A DNA stretch of 64,000 bases, from IMG/VR virus record IMGVR_UViG_3300033146_001917, positions 32,001 to 96,000 of that record; one strand, written 5' to 3'. This stretch comes from a virus. The notes under the pieces were generated by a model. The model did no database searches. It was not told the origin of the DNA and worked only from the letters and a program-made list of their open reading frames with translations. Of this stretch, positions 55,654 through 64,000 are shown piece by piece. Position numbers and translations under genes: made by a program. Within the stretch, counting starts at the first letter, position 1, and every line of letters starts with the position of its first letter.

Positions 55654-58600
55654 TAGGAAATATCCACAACAAAGTTATATAGCTTGTAATCTATGCCACT
55701 ATTTTGACTTTGTACAGTTACGTATAATTCTTGGTCAGAAGCTGTATTCACTCCAGCTGTAGCTGCTCCTTCGTTATGAACACCAACTAAATTATAAGTA
55801 GTACCATCTCTGGTAGTAGCTGTTCCTATTACATAAAAGGAAGGGCTCGCTCCAATAGCCCTGGTTGTAATAAAGAAATCTACAATTAAATCTCCTATAT
55901 TAGCTGATGCACTAGAGTATGTATCTTGTGATAACAATATTGATGTTCCACTTGTATTTCCGTAATGTATCCCAATAATAAAATTAGAAACAGAAGCAGT
56001 TGATTTGTGTACACCAGCACGTATTCGTATGACGCTACCTACTTGCAGTGTGTTACCTTTAACAGTATATTTTTTATTAAAAGCGTCTGCTGCACTAGCC
56101 CCATCCCATCCATGTTCAGTGTCTGATGTTGCAATTTGTGTGTACACATTTTCAACTACTTTGTTCCAGTTAGTTCCATCAGCTACTGATAATCTTCCAG
56201 TGTCATCATTGACATATAGGGCACCTTTGTCTTCATTTGTAGGATCTGCGTTTTGTGGATCTAATAAAAGTGCTGCATATGCTGGACTACTTGGGTCTCC
56301 TTGTGCTTCTACTCCGTATTTTTGTGTAGAATATCCATATACACCATTACCACCATTAGTATTTGCTCCATATACTCCTGCATAACTACTACTAGTGCTA
56401 GTGCCTTTTACACCATGTCTAGCACCTGTACCAACCACTCCATAATCATTTGTAGATATACCCTCTACTCCAGGACTATCTGCTGATGTTCCATAAATTC
56501 CTGCATGTGCATTACTAGATGTAGTTCCACATATACCATAATTAGAAGTAGCGTTACCGTAAACAGCGCAATTATCTCCTGAAGTGGCATATATACCGTA
56601 ACCATCTTGTCCTGCTCCAGTACCGTCACCACCTATAGCATAAATACCGTTACCACCGTCTACGTCAGAACTGCCACCTGATATACGAGTTCCACCTATA
56701 GCATAGATACCATTTCCTGCCGTATCGTCATCAGTATCTCCACCTGTAGAATACAATCCGATTCCACCTTCGTGTCCGTTAGAATCCCCACCTTCTGCTT
56801 TGATACCTGTACCTGCATTTGTACTAGTATCATCATGGCCTTTACCATAGATTCCATAGCTAGAAGTATGATTGGTTGTGCCATATATTCCAGAATTATG
56901 TGTAGCATATCCATACAAACCGTAACCATATCCAGACTGACCGTATACCCCATTATTTAGTACAGATACACCATGTACTCCAATGCCATCTATTGCGCTT
57001 CCACCGCCTGGAGTTTGTCCACCTACAGCATATAATCCAGTACCACCATTGTAATCTCCAGCTGTACATTCTCCTCCAGATGCGCGAATACCTATTCCAC
57101 CTATGTTGTTGCTAGAGTCTCCACCTGCAGATATTAAACCAATTCCACCTACTTGATTTGTTCCAGCCCCACCTTCTGCTTTGATACCTGTGCCTGCAGT
57201 AGATGCACTTGATCCCATTCCTTTTCCATATACGCCATAATAAGATACAGAATGTGTAGCACCATAAACTCCAGAATTAGAAATAGCGAATCCATAAACT
57301 CCATTATTAGAATCCGAATATCCACGTACGCCATATCCAAGATTACTGTATCCGTAGATACCTGCACCATCACCATCTGCCTGTGCATATAAACCATGCC
57401 AATCTGTTCCAGATTTAGCTATTGCTCGTATGCCTGTACTGCTATCACAATATATTTGTGACCCATCTAGGTTACCAAAGTAAATAGACATACTATTATC
57501 AGGACAATTACCATCTAAAAAATTATGATTAAGAGAAGTATCTTCATTAGCTAGAAGCAAATGTCCTAACATTGCATTATTATATGGATCTCTAGTTGTA
57601 CCTGATGATTGTGCTCCTGCTCTACTTAGTAAAGAAGTGTGTATATCATTATCCCAATTGGATGTACGCCACGGTGGAAGATAGGACGGATCAGATAATT
57701 CAGGATTTGTATCAGTTAATTCATTGTGGCTAATAGTTGTCTCAAATAATGTATTCTTATGAGAGTGTTGATAAAAAGCATTAGAAAGAGACCATATACT
57801 ACGTGTTAGTGATGTTCCTACTACTATTAAAGCTAGATCAGTGTTATAACTTGATTCAGATTCATCAGCAGTTGGAACAAATGTGTATGAGCTAGACTCT
57901 ACTTTAAGGATCCATGAATCTGATGTCTTAGTAAATATTACATTTTCTATAATTGTTTTATTAGCCTTATCCCATAGATATATTGTTCCTTTTGGTATTT
58001 CAGTTCCAGCAGAAATATTCTCTAATTCAATAGGTAATCTGTATCTGTAATGAGAGTGTTCAATTGCGTTTACAGTGTCATCTTGAAAGAATTTATACGG
58101 AGCACTTGATACGCTTGTCTTATTGGCATCGTATTCATCTCCAGTTGTTGGAGGATAATGAGAAGGCTGATCCCCCGCCGAAAAAGAAAGTTTAGCTCTG
58201 GGTGGAAGGTGAACAAAATAATCAGATCCTGTCTGACTAATACGAACACCTGAGAATTTAGATTGACGTGAATCTGGAATTACGCCTGGCCTAATCTCGT
58301 CTTGAATAGGCCAGCTATCTGGATCGACCTCATAAGTCAGAGTATCAGCAGACGTAAGTGGTATAATTGTACGGAATCTTCCTGTAGTAAGATCAACCCA
58401 GTAATCACCTGCTCCTGATATGCTGTATTCATCAACATATCGAGTTACAAATGCAGGTCCAGTATGCCCACTAGGAGGATCTACTAATTTAGAAAACAAT
58501 AAATGACCATTAGTTTTACCAGCAAATTTAGTACCTAGATATTCTTTGTATTCAAATTCATTTGTTGGTTTCCAAAGAGCTGGATTAAGATACTTAGATT

Positions 58601-58814
58601 CACCAACCATACGAGCTATATTGGGAATTTGGAGAGGATAATTAAGTAGACTTGTATCTCCACCTTGAGACCATACATCACCTACCGCTCTTTCTATGAT
58701 ATCAGAACCGTTTCGTGCCTGTTCTGAAATAGCATTTAATTTTTGGGCGGTGGGTTGCTCACCATCTGCATATGTAATACGTAATGGATATGTTTTTCTA
58801 AGTTTATCAGTCAT
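55653..58814 (-). CDS. Fibre-like protein with long glycine-rich GVYG repeats
   Basis: DGEQPTAQKLN N-terminus; about 400 aa of G[IV]YGxS and GIGxxAxGG repeats. Confidence 0.78.
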   Translation of the reverse strand: MTDKLRKTYPLRITYADGEQPTAQKLNAISEQARNGSDIIERAVGDVWSQGGDTSLLNYPLQIPNIARMVGESKYLNPALWKPTNEFEYKEYLGTKFAGKTNGHLLFSKLVDPPSGHTGPAFVTRYVDEYSISGAGDYWVDLTTGRFRTIIPLTSADTLTYEVDPDSWPIQDEIRPGVIPDSRQSKFSGVRISQTGSDYFVHLPPRAKLSFSAGDQPSHYPPTTGDEYDANKTSVSSAPYKFFQDDTVNAIEHSHYRYRLPIELENISAGTEIPKGTIYLWDKANKTIIENVIFTKTSDSWILKVESSSYTFVPTADESESSYNTDLALIVVGTSLTRSIWSLSNAFYQHSHKNTLFETTISHNELTDTNPELSDPSYLPPWRTSNWDNDIHTSLLSRAGAQSSGTTRDPYNNAMLGHLLLANEDTSLNHNFLDGNCPDNSMSIYFGNLDGSQIYCDSSTGIRAIAKSGTDWHGLYAQADGDGAGIYGYSNLGYGVRGYSDSNNGVYGFAISNSGVYGATHSVSYYGVYGKGMGSSASTAGTGIKAEGGAGTNQVGGIGLISAGGDSSNNIGGIGIRASGGECTAGDYNGGTGLYAVGGQTPGGGSAIDGIGVHGVSVLNNGVYGQSGYGYGLYGYATHNSGIYGTTNHTSSYGIYGKGHDDTSTNAGTGIKAEGGDSNGHEGGIGLYSTGGDTDDDTAGNGIYAIGGTRISGGSSDVDGGNGIYAIGGDGTGAGQDGYGIYATSGDNCAVYGNATSNYGICGTTSSNAHAGIYGTSADSPGVEGISTNDYGVVGTGARHGVKGTSTSSSYAGVYGANTNGGNGVYGYSTQKYGVEAQGDPSSPAYAALLLDPQNADPTNEDKGALYVNDDTGRLSVADGTNWNKVVENVYTQIATSDTEHGWDGASAADAFNKKYTVKGNTLQVGSVIRIRAGVHKSTASVSNFIIGIHYGNTSGTSILLSQDTYSSASANIGDLIVDFFITTRAIGASPSFYVIGTATTRDGTTYNLVGVHNEGAATAGVNTASDQELYVTVQSQNSGIDYKLYNFVVDIS
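56786..57191. repeat. 25-bp direct repeat marking an internal duplication
   Basis: ccccaccttctgctttgatacctgt at 56786 and 57167 (TGIKAEGG twice, 127 aa apart). Confidence 0.85.
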
Positions 58815-58816
58815 TG

Positions 58817-61120
58817 TTATCCTCCAAAATAACCAGATGGGAGATTATCGTTCAAGTCAACAAAAGTTATTTGATCTAATATTGACGCTAGAGTAATGGT
58901 ACTACTTTTCAATCTAAATCCTAGAGGTATTTCTCCAGGAACTGCAGTTGGATCTACAGATACTGAGGTAGGCCCTAGTCCATCTTGTAGAAGACCAATT
59001 GTGTCTCCACGTCTAGTACGTTTATACCAGTCTTTATATAGTTCATCCCTATAGTGCTCATCTAGGTATAGTGAATAGTTGTCAGCGATCCCAGATGTGG
59101 CATTTATAGTAATATCACTAAGTGTAGATATATTTTGTGGAGCAAATAAGAGTCCAGACGGAATAGATGCTAACTCCTCCGCAAAAAAAGTTCCATTCAT
59201 TGTATTTGGAACTAAAATACTTAATTGAATGGTATTAGAATACAGTTTCTTTCCTGTACGTGAATTAGTAACATATGCCCTGATGCGAGTTTGTGAATCT
59301 CCAACAACTAGATATGATTTGGTAGTACCTGCACCTGGTGATTCTAGTACAGTAGAATAAGTTAACTTTAATTTAGGGCTAGATACTGTTCCTATATCTA
59401 GCATACTGTTTGGATAAATAGGACCTAAATTATATGGTGAACTTGCTTCCTGTGTTCCACTATGTGGATCTATTACTTCTGAACGAGTATTGGTGAAGAC
59501 AATTGTTTTCTTACCTGTAGATATGTCACCAGAAGAATATGTAGAAGGCACTCCTAGATCATTAATCAATCTATGGTTAGGTTCCCATGGTGGATTACCT
59601 GTATAACCAGAAATAGTTTGGTCAGTAATCCAATCTGAATAATATGTAGTTAGTTCGGAATTAGGTATACCTAAAGTTATATCATTATTATGTACCTTAT
59701 ATAGATAGAGCCCACTAACAGATACAGGAAGCAATAGATTATTTACAATCACTTCCGTATCCGTTCCTGATACAGTTATGTCTGTAGAATATGATTGTAT
59801 CTCATCAACTGTTACTGGAGGAAGGTATATTGTAGTAGCTCTACCATTCGTATATGTAGTGCTAGTAGCTATACTACTTCTATTTAAATATCCTATTATA
59901 GGAGACAATAGTTCAAATGTAACTTGTTCACCTTCTAATGCTACACCTTCTTTATTTTTTACTTCGGCTGTTAGCTTTCCTGTATTATTCCCCATATATA
60001 TTAAATAGGAGGAACTAGAGAGAGGAAGATCCGCCGATAAAGAAATACTAGCTGGTTCTTGAGGCGATGTAGATAATGTAACAAACCCTCTATTAATGAT
60101 TGATTTAATTGGATTTAAATTAGCTGTTCTTGCCAAGACATAATCTCGTGTATTTTGTGGTTCATAAAATACACCAATTCCTTTACGATAATAAATTGCT
60201 ACATTATGACCAGGACCAGGAACAGCGTGTGTACTTGTTCGTTCTCCAAATTGAAGTAATCCCATATCCCTATCTACTTGAACTTCATATCCAGACACAC
60301 TAAATGACGTATCTGGAGACAAGACATTCCAAGATTGTAAACTGGTAGAATTAGAATAAGTGTATATTTCTACTTCAGACAAATCTAAAGGAGTATCAAT
60401 AGGTGAAAACTGTGTATGAAAAAATTGCCAATCTGTGCCATCTCCATACCCTACATGTTCTAAGCCAGATACTTCTGCTGAAGATGGGTTAGAAATTCCT
60501 ATTGTTTCACTGTAATCTCCATCTAATTCAATATGACGTGATGTAAGAATGAATTCTGCACTATCTGGTGTAGTTGAAAACTCCACTCGTTTGCGTGCAT
60601 CAAATGACACTTTGTGTCTACCTATGCTTCGGTCATATTCATATTGTCTAACTAAAACAGGAATACCCATCTTGGGTGTATAAGTTAGATCCAAGACTTG
60701 ATGACCAGATACTAATCCAGAATGCGTTAAATACTCAGTTTGGTAATCATCACTAAATAAATAACGCTCCTCCTCGTGTATGTAAAAAAAGCCATGATTA
60801 ATATTAGGAGCCCATATTGTAGGATCATCTAGATACATAGCATCAATACTATTTGTAAACAGATCTAAGTTATCTCCATATCCTGATCGAAAGTATGACG
60901 AGTCTAAACCTGATACGGATGCGTCCCAAAGAGTTGGAGCATTACTAGAACCTTTAAATTCGTTGTCTCGCGTCCAGTGGCGTATATCCCATTGCCAACC
61001 TGCTATTTTTTTTCCTGTGGCGGGATGCTCTTCTGTTGCATATTTAGATCTAGAACCTATTATTCTATAATCAGAACTATTAGTAATTAATAGAACAGTA
61101 TCTATATTATAGGTGACCAT
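58817..61120 (-). CDS. Structural protein with wedge-like and Ig-like domains
   Basis: GDGTDWQFF, LLQFGE...VPG, LTAEVKNKEGVALEGEQVTF...TNGRAT; starts MVTYNIDT. Confidence 0.7.
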   Translation of the reverse strand: MVTYNIDTVLLITNSSDYRIIGSRSKYATEEHPATGKKIAGWQWDIRHWTRDNEFKGSSNAPTLWDASVSGLDSSYFRSGYGDNLDLFTNSIDAMYLDDPTIWAPNINHGFFYIHEEERYLFSDDYQTEYLTHSGLVSGHQVLDLTYTPKMGIPVLVRQYEYDRSIGRHKVSFDARKRVEFSTTPDSAEFILTSRHIELDGDYSETIGISNPSSAEVSGLEHVGYGDGTDWQFFHTQFSPIDTPLDLSEVEIYTYSNSTSLQSWNVLSPDTSFSVSGYEVQVDRDMGLLQFGERTSTHAVPGPGHNVAIYYRKGIGVFYEPQNTRDYVLARTANLNPIKSIINRGFVTLSTSPQEPASISLSADLPLSSSSYLIYMGNNTGKLTAEVKNKEGVALEGEQVTFELLSPIIGYLNRSSIATSTTYTNGRATTIYLPPVTVDEIQSYSTDITVSGTDTEVIVNNLLLPVSVSGLYLYKVHNNDITLGIPNSELTTYYSDWITDQTISGYTGNPPWEPNHRLINDLGVPSTYSSGDISTGKKTIVFTNTRSEVIDPHSGTQEASSPYNLGPIYPNSMLDIGTVSSPKLKLTYSTVLESPGAGTTKSYLVVGDSQTRIRAYVTNSRTGKKLYSNTIQLSILVPNTMNGTFFAEELASIPSGLLFAPQNISTLSDITINATSGIADNYSLYLDEHYRDELYKDWYKRTRRGDTIGLLQDGLGPTSVSVDPTAVPGEIPLGFRLKSSTITLASILDQITFVDLNDNLPSGYFGG

Positions 61121-61978
61121 TTATATACCCCAATTACTAGGGAATACTGAAAGCAACTCATTGATTATAGATGCCCCTAAATCAGTAGGCCTGCCTAGTG
61201 TTTCAGAATCTATGACTTCAAACATTTTAGTGCGAAAGTCAGCAGACTGAAGATTATGAATAATAATAGGACTATTCCAAACATCAAAAGATGTACCTAG
61301 ATAAGAGTAAGATATGTATGAATTTATACTTGGAATAGTTAATGTTGAGATAGTCCCAGTTGTGATGTCGATATAGTATTGATTTGAAGCAATAAGATTT
61401 GCAAGAGAAAATACTCGTTCAGTTAGATTATCAGATATAAGAGAAATAGTATCATCTATTAAGTTTTCGTTTTCTAGTTTAATTGTTGATCCTCGACCTT
61501 CAATATTTTCTGCGGGGACTCCTTCTACTGATGACTGATTGTAAATAGTCATTGATCTTTTACTCGTATCTATTCCACTTGCTACTACTGCTAAAAAATT
61601 ACCATCAGCATTTATGGTAGAAATAAGTTCAGCAATGGTAAATGATCCACCATCCCTGTCGTATCTATCAATAGTAAGGATTTTAGTATTAGGAAAATCA
61701 GAATATAAAATACATTTGGTTTCTGAGAAAATAATTACTGGAGCCGTCATTACAGATACTGGAGAAATAGTAATTACCTTAGATAAGGTTAATCCTAGTT
61801 CACGAGTAATTCCATTAATCAATCCCCTGTAAGTAGAGTTAGCCCGATCAATATACGTATTTAATAATCGTTTTTTGTAATCCTTGTTTCGTTCATTAGG
61901 TAATCGAGGAAGACCAATTAGTAATCCTTGCTTATCAAATTCATTATATACTTGATGAGGCTCTAAATCGTAAGTCAT
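61121..61978 (-). CDS. Baseplate protein (gpI-like N-terminus)
   Basis: FDKQGLLIGLPRLPNERNKDYKKRL. Confidence 0.65.
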   Translation of the reverse strand: MTYDLEPHQVYNEFDKQGLLIGLPRLPNERNKDYKKRLLNTYIDRANSTYRGLINGITRELGLTLSKVITISPVSVMTAPVIIFSETKCILYSDFPNTKILTIDRYDRDGGSFTIAELISTINADGNFLAVVASGIDTSKRSMTIYNQSSVEGVPAENIEGRGSTIKLENENLIDDTISLISDNLTERVFSLANLIASNQYYIDITTGTISTLTIPSINSYISYSYLGTSFDVWNSPIIIHNLQSADFRTKMFEVIDSETLGRPTDLGASIINELLSVFPSNWGI

Positions 61979-63573
61979 TATGGAATTACCTCAACTTGGT
62001 CATATGGTTCTTTGAAATAGATAATCTTTTGTTGGTAATCAATAAGCATAACGTCCGAATGAAAATTTATATGATAATACTCAGTATCAGTTTTAACCCA
62101 TAACTGCTGATCTGAATCAAAGTCAATTCCAGTTATTAATCCAGAAACTGAATCACTGATATCTAAAGATACTTCTGGTGTCTTATAGTTAACAGATACA
62201 ATCACACGATCAGTATGGATAACATGATCTGTAAATTCTACTTCAAGTACCAGGAGGTATTCACCACGTTCATTGGCTGGAAGTATAACTAAATTAGCTA
62301 TTGTTCTTTCCAATTTCTTACTTGTTACCCAAAGATCATCTGTGAATGAAACAGATGTGCCATTCAGAAGCCCATACTTAGCTCCTGACGGCTTTTGGTA
62401 CCATAACCTATATCGAAGTATCTCTTGGGTAGGTTTAGCGTACCAGGGGATGAATTCTATGTCTTCACCAAGAAGAACATATCTAGGTTCTATATCAATG
62501 AGAACATGTGAACCATCTGTACGTTCACGTAAATATTCTACACCTTTTATCATTGATTGATCTGTAGAGTAGCAGTGTAATAAACCAGATGTAGTCGCCA
62601 TCCAGGCTCTATTGGTAAATGGCTGAAGTGCCATATCAACTGCAGTGATTGGATTTTCTGAATTATCTAACAGTTCCCAGGACTCAACTATTTCTTTTTC
62701 TATATGGCCATGAAGTAATTGTTTCCAATCATCTGTTACGTAATTGATACGTTCTAGAATTGATCCAGATACTGTATTACTTAGTGACCAATACTCGTCT
62801 ATTTTAGTTCTTGCAGGAGAATATCTAAAATTTTGTAAGGAAAGATAGTCCGCCGAATTAAAATTTGCTGATGTCATTACAATATTAACAGACTCTTCAA
62901 TGTCACTGTAGACAATTTTGTCAACAAATTCCCATTCTTTAATTGTACGTTGTTTCATGTCCCAGGGGAAAACAAGAGTTTCAGATTCATATAGACCTTG
63001 TCGAGTTTTACCGTGTAATACAATGCGACCTCTATCCAAACTATCATCATTAATATGGTAATACTGGATACCACTTTGAGCTTCTATCCAAAGATGTCCA
63101 CCACCTAGATGATGTGACCAAGTTCCAGTGAGTGATAAACCAGAGGTTGTTGAAAATGTTAATAGATTATGATCCACCCCAGATACTATAGTTTCCAATG
63201 ATGTACGATTAGGGCATGTGTCATACCACATGTATTCTAAATTATTATCTTCTGCTATAGCAATTGGGTACCATGTACTATCTACTAATCCAGATACTGT
63301 TGGAGTTATATAAGTAGTTCTAGATATATCACCAGTACTTACAGAAAAATTAAAATCTAGAGAAAGCTTTGCTTTATGTAGTAAATCAATTTCATCTAAA
63401 TTTGTTGTAGATAAATATTGATTTTTTATCATTTTATCTAAAAAAGTATCTAGATGATCAAATTTATTAGCAAAAACATTTAATAGCATATATCCATTAG
63501 ATTGTTCGTGACGTACTCGCGACCAAGTAGGATAAATATTAATTAGTTCTTGAGTTGATATATTGCGTTTCAT
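61978..63573 (-). CDS. Putative baseplate/structural protein
   Basis: 531 aa, directly after the baseplate J-like gene. Confidence 0.6.
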   Translation of the reverse strand: MKRNISTQELINIYPTWSRVRHEQSNGYMLLNVFANKFDHLDTFLDKMIKNQYLSTTNLDEIDLLHKAKLSLDFNFSVSTGDISRTTYITPTVSGLVDSTWYPIAIAEDNNLEYMWYDTCPNRTSLETIVSGVDHNLLTFSTTSGLSLTGTWSHHLGGGHLWIEAQSGIQYYHINDDSLDRGRIVLHGKTRQGLYESETLVFPWDMKQRTIKEWEFVDKIVYSDIEESVNIVMTSANFNSADYLSLQNFRYSPARTKIDEYWSLSNTVSGSILERINYVTDDWKQLLHGHIEKEIVESWELLDNSENPITAVDMALQPFTNRAWMATTSGLLHCYSTDQSMIKGVEYLRERTDGSHVLIDIEPRYVLLGEDIEFIPWYAKPTQEILRYRLWYQKPSGAKYGLLNGTSVSFTDDLWVTSKKLERTIANLVILPANERGEYLLVLEVEFTDHVIHTDRVIVSVNYKTPEVSLDISDSVSGLITGIDFDSDQQLWVKTDTEYYHINFHSDVMLIDYQQKIIYFKEPYDQVEVIP

Positions 63574-63575
63574 AA

Positions 63576-64000
63576 TTATGTAAAACTAATAGGATTGTTG
63601 ACAGTAGTTTCTACTAAAACTTTTTCATCTATTTCGGCTGTGTAATCTCCAACTAAATTACTAGATATTCTATTTGTTTGTGTAGACGAAGGTTTGTATA
63701 TCATTAGTGTGTCGAGAGGTTTATTAGCCGTACCAATATTTTTAATTTTTGAAGATGCAGACATTACCTGTTCTACAACTTCATTGACTATAAAATCAGA
63801 ATTAATATCAAGATTATTTATATAATCTGTCACTTGCCGAATAGCCACGATTATAATTCTGTTTTTTTCGTCATCAGAAATTGCTTCATGAAAAGTTAAC
63901 TTACCAGCTAGTACAATTCCAACTTCAATAGGACCTCGCACATACGGTACTATACCCAATGCTGTAACTTTATCGACTTCTTGATATACAGATCCTAGTA
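63576..64000 (-). CDS. Baseplate J-like protein, C-terminal part (runs off window)
   Basis: Frame open to window edge; QEVDKVTALGI..VRGP, DYINNLDINSDFIVNEVV pattern. Confidence 0.6.
   Translation of the reverse strand, partial: LGSVYQEVDKVTALGIVPYVRGPIEVGIVLAGKLTFHEAISDDEKNRIIIVAIRQVTDYINNLDINSDFIVNEVVEQVMSASSKIKNIGTANKPLDTLMIYKPSSTQTNRISSNLVGDYTAEIDEKVLVETTVNNPISFT

Noticed and set aside
42248-57191. Direct repeats in fibre genes as diversity-generating retroelement repeats
   Set aside because: Short, in-frame protein repeats with no adenine-specific mismatches and no reverse transcriptase in the window
55653-58814. Collagen-like protein
   Set aside because: Glycine spacing is not a continuous Gly-X-Y triplet
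229-62560. Numerous 60-130 aa antisense or nested ORFs in the track
   Set aside because: They lie opposite well-supported genes and show no motifs or RBS; only 7971-8402 carried a recognisable motif

Overview
AT-rich (roughly one-third GC by eye), very densely coding segment of a large tailed dsDNA phage, probably a jumbo myovirus, read in the standard code. The left arm (+, 1-15.8 kb) is a replication and nucleotide-metabolism module: class II ribonucleotide reductase, RecA, DnaE split into PHP and polymerase genes, a metallophosphoesterase, a ThyX-fold protein, dCMP deaminase, PhoH and family-4 UDG. The 15.7-25.1 kb block (-) holds a sigma-like factor, an amidase, several PD-(D/E)XK nucleases and a DnaG-DnaB fusion. 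A 2.7 kb accessory island (+) follows, then a long minus-strand late region: tail fibre and baseplate genes interrupted by an actin-like ATPase and a glycosylation cluster (5 GT-like genes, a methyltransferase, Gmd). The most striking signals are: (1) recA broken into two genes by a naturally split intein with a 15-aa N-fragment; (2) a Thr-initiated DnaE intein whose linker encodes a decayed PD-(D/E)XK endonuclease in the +1 frame; (3) a volactin-like actin translationally coupled to the glycosyltransferase operon; (4) a degenerate internal duplication in the DnaE palm; (5) a candidate phage-specific promoter motif and an RBS-occluding palindrome. I saw no tRNA, rRNA or CRISPR array. All family assignments come from motif recognition, not database searches.
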